NCBI GenBank assembly: GCA_033763455.1
Contig: JANRKO010000027.1
Location: forward strand, 1-64,000
Length of the DNA stretch: 64,000 bases
Source of the DNA: Polyangiaceae bacterium
Lineage (GTDB): Bacteria; Myxococcota_A; Polyangia; Polyangiales; Polyangiaceae
Direction: 5' to 3'
Under the pieces are notes generated by a model. The model had not been told where the DNA came from. It did no database searches and saw only the letters and a program-made list of their open reading frames with translations. Both the position numbers and the translations under genes were made by a program. Positions 9,175 through 17,496 of the stretch are shown one piece after another (the stretch's first letter is position 1; each line of letters starts with the position of its first letter).

Positions 9175-12100
9175 CCGCTCTGACTTTCTAACTGGAACAG
9201 CTTCTGGAAGGTTAATAGAAGCTGAATATTGTTGGATTTTACAGTGCCCGACATGAATTCAGCGGGTGTTGGCGTGTAGGCCTCGCGCACGATGCGCGTG
9301 AAAATCCCAGGCGACGTTTTGAGGACGCAATCGGCCTGCCCTGATGATTTTCCGGAGGCGACTTCGCAAGAATCCGGAGTTACCCGAAGGCTCCAGCGTT
9401 CCTTTTCGCCGAGTGCAAAATAGTAACTGATGGGCGCATTCACCACTCCTGGCACGAAGCGGCCTTTGAGCTCGGCGAACACTTTGTCGAGACTCTGAAA
9501 ACCCTGATCAAACAGGTCGGCTGGAGTGAGCTTGCTGATATCGAGCACGCGCCCGCGTTCAAGCTCAGCCACCGCGCGCCGGGTAAGGGCGGAAACGGTG
9601 CGAGCAGCTTCGGTCGCGCTCATGCCCTGAGTAAGGCGACGCAGGTCAGCGACGCGAAGTGGGGGCCCGATGCGCACCGAAACGTCACGCCGCCGCACCA
9701 CCGAGGCGCCCTTGGGCAGGGCTTCGTAGGTGCCGCCCAAATAGAGCGGCAAAATATCAATGTTATGGTGCAACGAAAGGTAGCCAACGGCGGGTTTGAA
9801 TTCGTGGATTTGGCCGTCGGTGGAGCGCGTGCCTTCGGGGAAAATCAGAACCGTTTTCCCCGTTTCCAAAAGTTCCCCGGCTTGGCGCAGCGCCGCGCGC
9901 AACGAACCGCTGCGGTCCATCGCCACTAAGTTTGTGAAGTTCTCGAAGTAGGCCTTGCGCCAGCGATTGCCTTCAAAGAAGTAGTCCCTAGCGGCGAGCG
10001 ACACCAGATCTTGGCCGTAGCTGCCAAGACCATACTTGGCGAGCCCCATGTCGAGGTGGCTCGCGTGGTTCGCGGCAACGATGGTGTTCTTGTTGTGGGG
10101 AATGAACGCGCGCCCGGTGACCTTGGTGGAGAGCACCCGATCATAGAAGCCCATCTGCGCGCGACCCATCCAGTGCATGGCGGCATCGCGGAGAACGGGC
10201 GGTATATTCAGCGGAACTTCCTCCTCCTTCTCCACCACCTCCGTGGAAGAGCGCGGGCGGGCGCCGGCTTGCAAGAACAGGCGTTCCACATCGGCCACTG
10301 TTTCACACTCGGAGAGCTTGTCGGCGTCGAGCGACGTACCCACTTTAGCTTCGAGTGCTACGAGCAACTCCAGCAGCATCAACGAATCGAAGGCGAGATC
10401 TCCGCGGAGCGTTTGCGAAGGCTGAATCCCTTCCGTCGATTTGCGAGCAACTACGGCCACCGCAGAGCGCACGGCCAAAGCCGCACTGGAGCTCGGGGCT
10501 TGGCTCTTACTACCGGCGCCATTTTGGGGCTTGGCGGCACTTTCCGCGAGGCGCCGCACTTCGTTCCGCTTCACCTTGCGGGTCGCCGTGCGGGGCAAAT
10601 CTGAATCGATCAACGCCACTACCGAAGGGCGAGCCGCATTCGGGAGCGCGGCGAAGGCTCGATTCAACAAAGCTCGAGCCCGCGCGTGGCGCACTGGGCG
10701 CTCGACTTCCGGATCGGCTTCGACCACCGCAACGCAGGCAACGCGCTCCACACGGCTTCCATCAGAGACGCCGACGATGGCTAACTCTTTTACGTGCTCC
10801 ACACGACCGAGCTGAGCTTCCACGTCGTCGGGGTAAATGTTCTCACCCGCAGAGGTAACGATCGTGTCTTTGGCTCGGCCAACAATCACAACGTTGCCAC
10901 GGCGATCCAGCTTGCCTAAGTCGCCCGTGTGCAGCCACCCATCTTTATCGATAACCTCACGCGTAGCTTCTTCGTCGGTGTAACCCACCATCACATTGGG
11001 CCCACGCGCGACCACTTCGCCAATGCCCTCGGGATTCGGATTATCGATGCGGATCTCGACACCCGGAATCGCGCGGCCGACATGACCGGCTCGCGTCTTC
11101 GGACTGCCCTCCGACACTGTCAGAACGGGCGAAGCTTCGGTGAGGCCGTAACCCTCCGCTAGATGCAGGCCGAGGCCGGCGAACAATTGCTGAGTCTTTT
11201 CAGGGAGCGCAGCGCCGCCACTCACTAGGAAGCGAAGGTGCCCGCCGAGCCCTTGGTGTACGGGGCCAAACAGTGTGCGCCCGAGGTCTACGCCCAAATT
11301 CTTACCAAGCGAACGATTGAGCTCGGCGGCAACATCGAAGAAGTACGAAGCCACCCGCCCCCGCTCCAACACCTTCGCGGAGATGCGGCGTTCGAGCATC
11401 TCCCAAAGGGCGGGCACACCCACGAGCCCGGTGATGCGCCCGGCTTTGAGCGCGTGCTCCAGCCGCTCACCGTTCAACTCATCGAGATACACCACACGCG
11501 AACCGCGCGAGAGCGGCAGCAACAGGCCACACGTCAATTCAAACGTGTGGTGGAGCGGCAACACGCTCAGGATCCTATCCCCCTTGGAGAGCGGGAAAAG
11601 CGGAGCCAAGGAGGCTACTAGGGAGGTGAGATTAATGTGCGAAAGCTGAACGCCTTTCGGATTGCCGGTGGTGCCGCTCGTGTAGATCAACGCTGCTATG
11701 GATTCGGGATCGACCTCCGCGCTTTCAACCTGGGGGCCCGCTGCACACAACTCGTGCATGTCGAGCAATCGAACCTTTTGTTCTAGCGGAAGCAATCGAG
11801 CTCGCGACTTCGGATCTCCGATGAGAATGCGCGCGCCCGAGGCCTGCACGAGATTTTCGGCAATGCCGGGCTCAATGTTCGCGTCGAGCGGCACCACGGT
11901 GGCACCAAGCGCCAGTACACCAAAGAACGAGATCGGCCAATTGGGGTGATTTTGTGCGGCGATCATCACTCGATCACCCGCCTTCACCCCCAGCTGCTTC
12001 AGCCTTGCGCCGCAAGCTAACGAAAGCTGGCGCCACTCGCGGAAGCTAAGCCTGCTCAAGCCATCGGCTTCGACGCGCTGCAGGGCGACGGCAAGATCGT

Positions 12101-13850
12101 AACGGTCCGCCATCTCGTCGAGCAGGGCGGGCAACGTTTCGTGACGACGCGGGGGGCGCTTGGGGCGCTTTAAGCGCTTGTCGATCTGTGGGAACACCCA
12201 CTTTTCGAGGCCGGGGATATGCACGGTTAAGAACCATTCGCGCCAATCGATGGTCTCTGGAGCCCAGGGCACCAACTCCTTTTCGGCGTCGCTCAGCCGC
12301 GCGTAGGCCTCGCGCGTGTTGGCGCAGCGAAATGTGTAATCGTATTCGGCGGCGAAGGGCACGAACACTTGCAGGATTTTACCGACCTTGCGCTGCTGAT
12401 CGGCGAACTTCTTGATGGAGTTGGATGCGGGCTTCAGAAAAGCGCGCAGTGGGCCGAACGCGGTTTTATCGAGTAACGATGAAACATGGCTGGCACCGTC
12501 AGCAATTGCCAAGGGGCCAAAGCTTTTGAATTCCTTGCTGGAGACCATCGCACCCTCGTAGTGCGCTTGGAGGAAGCTCAGTATTGGTCCGCCCTTGCCG
12601 GTTTCCTGATAGTAACGACGCTTGTAGAGGCCTGTGAGCTCCACGAAGCGGCGCATGGTACAAGGATTCGTGTCACCCGAACCGAGCTGGTACACGCGCT
12701 TAGGTTGCCCTTCTAGCAGCTCTCCCAGCGCCAATGTGAGCCCGGCCGCCACCATGTCACACGGGATCACGTCCAAGCTGTGATTCGCTCCAGGGATTTG
12801 GAGGCCGCCCTGGCGCAGAATGTAGATCAGAGGCGCACTCGTATTAACGCCCTCGTTCCACCCAGGAAACGGATAAAAACAGGTGGATTCAACGATGGCA
12901 GGGCGCACAATGGTCCAATTGAGGCCCGAGCGAGCCACGATCTGCTCGCCGATAGATTTCGTGTACGTGTACGTGTTGGGGAAACCCCAAAAACGGGCGC
13001 GCTCCATGCCCATTTCCGAAAGCTGACCCTCAACAAACTTGCGTTTCACGCGCTGTACTTCGTCTTCTAAGGCTTTGCCACGCCCCGGCTCGCCATGCTC
13101 ACGCAGGTTCTTCTTGGCCTCATCCAGAAAGTGGCTCTGCCGAAATGCATCACCGGCGCGGTGGCGTGCTTGCTCCACCACATCCAAGCATTCGGCAATT
13201 TCACGATCGGGATCCCAGTGGATTGGATCCAGCTCCGCTGCGCGTGGAAACGGAAAATCCCGCGGATCCGCTTCTTCGATGTTCCCCGTACGATCCCCAG
13301 CAACGTAACAGGTGCTCGTATGCAGGAGCGCAGTGTTGCCAAGATCGCGCGCCAGCTCCACGAGATTCTGAACGCCAAAGGCGTTCACCTCCAAGCCTTC
13401 ATCGAGCGGGGGATCAAAATCCACCACGCCCGCGGCATTCACGACGGCGTCGATGTTGCCCCGCAGTTCGTCGCGCATATCGGCAGAAATGCCACAGAAC
13501 GGCTTCACCACGTCGCCCCCGAGCACCGCCACGCGACTGTTCAGGAAGGACATGAATTCGCTGCCATGGGCAGTGCGCAAAGGGGCGAGTACTTCACTTG
13601 TCGCTATCTCAGAGAGAAAGCGCTCTTGAGCGGATTGGCCTGCCTTCTCGCGCACCACCAGATAGATGCGATCGATCTCTGGGAACTTGGCGAGCAGGAA
13701 CGACCACCACACTTTCCCGAGAAATCCCGTGCCGCCCACCACCACCAAACGCTTGCCGGCGAATAAACGCCCGAGCGAGAGGGGGGTTGTAGTACCGCCC
13801 ACAGGGGGTGCAGCCTTGAGCTTCACGGAGCTGTCGCGCGCGTCCGTCAC
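9171..13850 (-). CDS. elbD: ElbD-like multidomain enzyme: fatty acyl reductase + acyl-CoA synthetase (AMP-binding) + ACP + PlsC acyltransferase + C-terminal SCP2-like domain
   Basis: FAR: GGTGFLGK and NTYTYTKS. A domain: YTSGTTGNPKG, GYGLTE, GWLHTGDLG. ACP: LAFDSL (Ser codon 10383-10385). Acyltransferase: NHASHLD and FPEGTRS. The order matches Myxococcus xanthus ElbD. Confidence 0.88.
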   Translation of the reverse strand: MTDARDSSVKLKAAPPVGGTTTPLSLGRLFAGKRLVVVGGTGFLGKVWWSFLLAKFPEIDRIYLVVREKAGQSAQERFLSEIATSEVLAPLRTAHGSEFMSFLNSRVAVLGGDVVKPFCGISADMRDELRGNIDAVVNAAGVVDFDPPLDEGLEVNAFGVQNLVELARDLGNTALLHTSTCYVAGDRTGNIEEADPRDFPFPRAAELDPIHWDPDREIAECLDVVEQARHRAGDAFRQSHFLDEAKKNLREHGEPGRGKALEDEVQRVKRKFVEGQLSEMGMERARFWGFPNTYTYTKSIGEQIVARSGLNWTIVRPAIVESTCFYPFPGWNEGVNTSAPLIYILRQGGLQIPGANHSLDVIPCDMVAAGLTLALGELLEGQPKRVYQLGSGDTNPCTMRRFVELTGLYKRRYYQETGKGGPILSFLQAHYEGAMVSSKEFKSFGPLAIADGASHVSSLLDKTAFGPLRAFLKPASNSIKKFADQQRKVGKILQVFVPFAAEYDYTFRCANTREAYARLSDAEKELVPWAPETIDWREWFLTVHIPGLEKWVFPQIDKRLKRPKRPPRRHETLPALLDEMADRYDLAVALQRVEADGLSRLSFREWRQLSLACGARLKQLGVKAGDRVMIAAQNHPNWPISFFGVLALGATVVPLDANIEPGIAENLVQASGARILIGDPKSRARLLPLEQKVRLLDMHELCAAGPQVESAEVDPESIAALIYTSGTTGNPKGVQLSHINLTSLVASLAPLFPLSKGDRILSVLPLHHTFELTCGLLLPLSRGSRVVYLDELNGERLEHALKAGRITGLVGVPALWEMLERRISAKVLERGRVASYFFDVAAELNRSLGKNLGVDLGRTLFGPVHQGLGGHLRFLVSGGAALPEKTQQLFAGLGLHLAEGYGLTEASPVLTVSEGSPKTRAGHVGRAIPGVEIRIDNPNPEGIGEVVARGPNVMVGYTDEEATREVIDKDGWLHTGDLGKLDRRGNVVIVGRAKDTIVTSAGENIYPDDVEAQLGRVEHVKELAIVGVSDGSRVERVACVAVVEADPEVERPVRHARARALLNRAFAALPNAARPSVVALIDSDLPRTATRKVKRNEVRRLAESAAKPQNGAGSKSQAPSSSAALAVRSAVAVVARKSTEGIQPSQTLRGDLAFDSLMLLELLVALEAKVGTSLDADKLSECETVADVERLFLQAGARPRSSTEVVEKEEEVPLNIPPVLRDAAMHWMGRAQMGFYDRVLSTKVTGRAFIPHNKNTIVAANHASHLDMGLAKYGLGSYGQDLVSLAARDYFFEGNRWRKAYFENFTNLVAMDRSGSLRAALRQAGELLETGKTVLIFPEGTRSTDGQIHEFKPAVGYLSLHHNIDILPLYLGGTYEALPKGASVVRRRDVSVRIGPPLRVADLRRLTQGMSATEAARTVSALTRRAVAELERGRVLDISKLTPADLFDQGFQSLDKVFAELKGRFVPGVVNAPISYYFALGEKERWSLRVTPDSCEVASGKSSGQADCVLKTSPGIFTRIVREAYTPTPAEFMSGTVKSNNIQLLLTFQKLFQLESQSG

Positions 13851-15451
13851 GGGGTCCCTCCAGGAGCCCCCGGAATAGTGACGTCCGCCATCACGATGGG
13901 AGGAACGTGCAAGAGCGCTACATCCAAAGAACGCGCCACGCCACCTTTGGCTCGGTACAGAGCCTCATCCATATTGGGAGCCGTTTCCCAACCCATGAGC
14001 TTGGGGACATATTCGTTATCTGCACCCACCACAATCACACGGCCCAAGTGCTGACGGCCATTTTCGCCCCAATACCACATGAAAAACGGGTGAGCCGGGT
14101 GGTAAGCGTGGCCCGTGCGGTACATGTGAATGAAGGCCTCATTCTGCGCAAATTTCGCTTCATACTTGTGCTTGAGCACCTCAGCATCTCGCGTTTCCGG
14201 CAAGATACGATGAAAGAATTCAATATAGGGCGCGTGTTGCTCGTGGTCGAACTTATCCGTGCACGGATGCGTGATAATGAGAGTGCCGCCGGGCTTCACC
14301 ATCGGTGCGCCGCGGTACATATTGAACAAATAACCCTGAGCTAACACCTGAACCAACAGTGGATTCAAGAAAGCATTCACGTTGTAGGGGCTGATGTACG
14401 GAATTCCCGTCACCAACACATCGGCTTGGCCCTCGAACGGCACTAAATATTGTTCAAAAGACTTCTCAACCGTCTTTTTGTGAACCTCTTCGGTTGCTCC
14501 CGCAAACACTCCGGTAACACCGTAGGGCGCGGGGAATTTGTTGAAGATCGCTTGGCGAGCAGGCTGCGGCAGCTTGCTAGTCGAAATAACGAGCGCCTTC
14601 TGCATGGCGCGTTCACTCGACGACAAATCATCCTCGTTTTTCATGAGAAATTCGAGCGGCTTGTCGAACATGCGATTGTTCACCGTCGTCTCGATGGCGA
14701 AGATCTTGAGCTTTTCATGCGCCAGCTTGCCCATCAGGCTAATATCGGAGGCCAAGCGAGATTTCGCCGGATCCATGTAGCTATCCGAGGCGCGAATCGT
14801 GTGCGGATTGTGGTGCGGAACCAGGCTCTTGTAGCTGCAGAGGCCCACGGCCACAGACTTGTGGCCGCCATTCATCGGCACAAAATTGAGATTCACGTAG
14901 ATGAGAAGATCACTCTCCACGGCGCGGCGATTGAGCTCCAGTACGTCCCCATGGGCCGTCTTGCCGATCTCCACGAGGTTATCTCGATCTTCAGCGTCGT
15001 GGTTGTAAAGCCTATCGGGCCAGTAGGCTTCGAAGATGCGCTTGCCCACCATGTGGCGCACTTCACTCGCCTTCATGCGACGATGAATGCCCGTCGCCAC
15101 GATCATCTCTACGTCGTCCACACCGTGATCGGCGAGCATCGCCAATACAATTTCCAGGACTCTTTCACGGATATCCGGGCCGCGCATGGGCGGCAGGGGC
15201 ACCGAAAGATCATCCAACGCGATCGTTACCTTCATGCCGGGCGAAAGCAGCGCGTAGAGTGGATCCATACCGAGCGGATGGTTGAGGGCGTAGCGAATGG
15301 CCGCGTCCACGTCTTTCAACGGGGCAAGCGGCGGCTTCGGGTAAACGCAACGAGTACCGGCGGGCAGATCCACCTCCACCAATTGGTCGCCGGAGAACAA
15401 AACGCGGGGAGCACTGTCGTGCTCAAGGGTAACAACCGAAGGATGGTTCAT
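13847..15451 (-). CDS. LarA (lactate racemase / DUF2088)-family protein, ElbC-like
   Basis: ALNHPLG, VTIALDD, VATGIHR, NHDAED and GGHKS motifs of the LarA N-terminal domain. Overlaps both neighbours by 4 nt. Confidence 0.8.
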   Translation of the reverse strand: MNHPSVVTLEHDSAPRVLFSGDQLVEVDLPAGTRCVYPKPPLAPLKDVDAAIRYALNHPLGMDPLYALLSPGMKVTIALDDLSVPLPPMRGPDIRERVLEIVLAMLADHGVDDVEMIVATGIHRRMKASEVRHMVGKRIFEAYWPDRLYNHDAEDRDNLVEIGKTAHGDVLELNRRAVESDLLIYVNLNFVPMNGGHKSVAVGLCSYKSLVPHHNPHTIRASDSYMDPAKSRLASDISLMGKLAHEKLKIFAIETTVNNRMFDKPLEFLMKNEDDLSSSERAMQKALVISTSKLPQPARQAIFNKFPAPYGVTGVFAGATEEVHKKTVEKSFEQYLVPFEGQADVLVTGIPYISPYNVNAFLNPLLVQVLAQGYLFNMYRGAPMVKPGGTLIITHPCTDKFDHEQHAPYIEFFHRILPETRDAEVLKHKYEAKFAQNEAFIHMYRTGHAYHPAHPFFMWYWGENGRQHLGRVIVVGADNEYVPKLMGWETAPNMDEALYRAKGGVARSLDVALLHVPPIVMADVTIPGAPGGTP

Positions 15452-16116
15452 AGTGCTTGTTTCAGGTTGAAGCTCGGCCAGGAATAAGCGCGCGCCAAAA
15501 GCGCCAACCTCCGGTCCGGATTAACAACTGCGGGGTGCCCCACCACGCTCAGCATGGGCACATCGGAATAACTATCGCTGAAGGCGAAACACTCGTTGAG
15601 GTCAAACCCGTTTTCTCGAGCGTGATCGCGTATGAGCCTGGCTTTTTCGGGGCCCGCGACCACAGGCTTCAGGATCTTTCCGGTCGCGATCCCATCTTTG
15701 ATCTCCAAGCGGTTCGCTATCACTTCGTCGGCGCCTAGCTCGGCTGCCATGTGGCACAGCACACAATCGAGTGCGCCGGAAACGAACACCACGCGGTTGC
15801 CATTATCGCGGCTCTTTTTCACCAGGCTCGCCGCAAAAGGATAGAGGGAAGGCCGCAGCACTTTCTCATAGGCTTCGCGGCCGAGGATCAGCAGGCGATC
15901 TTCGCTCATGCCTTTGTACGAATTGTACAACAGCTCGTTGAACAGGCGCCGATCCGCCATCTCGGCCATGATCATGCGCGGCGCCCCGATGAGTGCACGC
16001 CCAACGCGCAGAGCCGTCTGAAGGGGGGTGCCCTGGTTGAGCAGATAAAATACCGTCGGATGGACCAGGTTGGTCCCCACGAGAGTACCGTCAACGTCGA
16101 AATAACTGGCTGCCAA
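15448..16116 (-). CDS. HAD-IB family hydrolase (phosphoserine phosphatase-like), ElbB-like
   Basis: Motif I FDVDGT, motif II VSGA, conserved Lys in GPEKA, motif IV FSDSYSD and VVNPD; TTG start. Confidence 0.88.
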   Translation of the reverse strand: MAASYFDVDGTLVGTNLVHPTVFYLLNQGTPLQTALRVGRALIGAPRMIMAEMADRRLFNELLYNSYKGMSEDRLLILGREAYEKVLRPSLYPFAASLVKKSRDNGNRVVFVSGALDCVLCHMAAELGADEVIANRLEIKDGIATGKILKPVVAGPEKARLIRDHARENGFDLNECFAFSDSYSDVPMLSVVGHPAVVNPDRRLALLARAYSWPSFNLKQAL

Positions 16117-16261
16117 GGGGCCTTCTGGTCCCCCATGTTCCGGCCGGAGTCAAGCGTTCCGAGGCGTTCGGCGGCCGTGTTTCGGTTCCGGGGCGAAACC
16201 TCGCACAGATTGCCCAGGATTTCTCGCATTCCCGGCACCCAGAGCGTGGTAAACGCGCTGG

Positions 16262-17431
16262 ATGCGCTGGGTCGAAACCGAAAGTGCCCTCGAACAAACG
16301 GTGAGCGCGCTTGGCGGGGCCGAGGTCGTGTTCCTGGACACCGAGTTCGACTCGTCGCGCAACGGCACCGTGTTGTCGCTGCTCCAGATCAGTCGCGGTG
16401 CCGAGGTGTACGTTATCGACGCCCTCCGGCTGCCGAGCATCCGGCAGCTTGAGCGCGTGCTCTCGGATCCGAAATGCGTGTGGGTGCTGCACGCGGGGTC
16501 GCAAGACGTTACTCTGCTGTGCGACGCGTTAGACCTCCGTATTCGCCCTCAAGTGTTCGATACACAGGTGGCCTGGTCGCTCCTCAGTGCGGAGTACTCG
16601 GTTTCGCTTCCGTATCTTCTGAACAAGCTTCTGAAGCAACGTGTAGCCAAAGGCTACCAAGCAGATGATTGGCTGCGCCGCCCGTTGCCTGACGCGCAAA
16701 TTGCTTATGCGGCCGACGACGTCGAGTACTTGCCTGCGCTCTATGCGGATCTGCTGCGGATGGCTGAAGCGAAAGCCCGCACTCAGCTGATCCGCGTGGC
16801 CTCGGCTGAGTCGGTTTGGCCAGAGAAGCCTGCGCCCCCCAAAATCAGTCTGGAATCGTTCCGCAATGCTTGGCAGCTGGATGCCCCCAGCCAAGCCGGC
16901 CTCCTTGCATTGCTCGATTGGTACAACGGACTCGATACCCGCGCGCGCAAAGACGCACCCGATCCCAAGATACTTCTCGCCATCGCTAGTCGTATGCCGG
17001 AGTCTGCCGACGCACTCGGACGCATCAAGGGCGTGCCCCGTTACTGGGTCGAGCGGCAAGGGCGAGATATTGTCAGGCGTCTGAAGGAGGCCGCGCAGAG
17101 TGCCAAAGCAGAGGATTTTGTGCCCATCGAGCCCCCACCGTACGGCACGTTCGAGCAGGTGCGGCTAGATGCGTGGCTGAGTTGGGTTCGGGCGGAGCTG
17201 TGCGTGGAGCTTTCAGTTTCCCCCGAGGCGGCCATGCCTCAGAAGGTCGTGCGCCAAGTGCGCGACAGCATTCTGTTAGGTACCCGCACCGAGGACGGAG
17301 CCGAGGGCCTGGAAGGCTGGCGGCGGGAGCTACTCCTTGAGAAGTACCTCGCTTGGTGTGAGCGGCTGCCATTTCGCTTGAACGACGCTGTCACAACTAT
17401 TTACCAAACCGGCACCGGCGCGGGGGTATAA
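16262..17431 (+). CDS. rnd: Ribonuclease D with HRDC domain
   Basis: LDTEF, LLQI, VLHAGSQD, VFDTQVA, DWLRRPL and YAADDV (DEDDy), followed by an HRDC-like region. Confidence 0.9.
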   Translation: MRWVETESALEQTVSALGGAEVVFLDTEFDSSRNGTVLSLLQISRGAEVYVIDALRLPSIRQLERVLSDPKCVWVLHAGSQDVTLLCDALDLRIRPQVFDTQVAWSLLSAEYSVSLPYLLNKLLKQRVAKGYQADDWLRRPLPDAQIAYAADDVEYLPALYADLLRMAEAKARTQLIRVASAESVWPEKPAPPKISLESFRNAWQLDAPSQAGLLALLDWYNGLDTRARKDAPDPKILLAIASRMPESADALGRIKGVPRYWVERQGRDIVRRLKEAAQSAKAEDFVPIEPPPYGTFEQVRLDAWLSWVRAELCVELSVSPEAAMPQKVVRQVRDSILLGTRTEDGAEGLEGWRRELLLEKYLAWCERLPFRLNDAVTTIYQTGTGAGV

Positions 17432-17496
17432 GCTTAGGTAAAGTTGGGCGGCGGGGCGCCCGGCACCCCCGTCACGGATCGAGCCAGCTTTCACCC

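Noticed and set aside
14450..15487. Long antisense ORFs (for example 345 aa here, also 57085-57951 and 34025-34840)
   Set aside because: Shadow frames of well-supported genes in GC-rich DNA, with no protein motifs.
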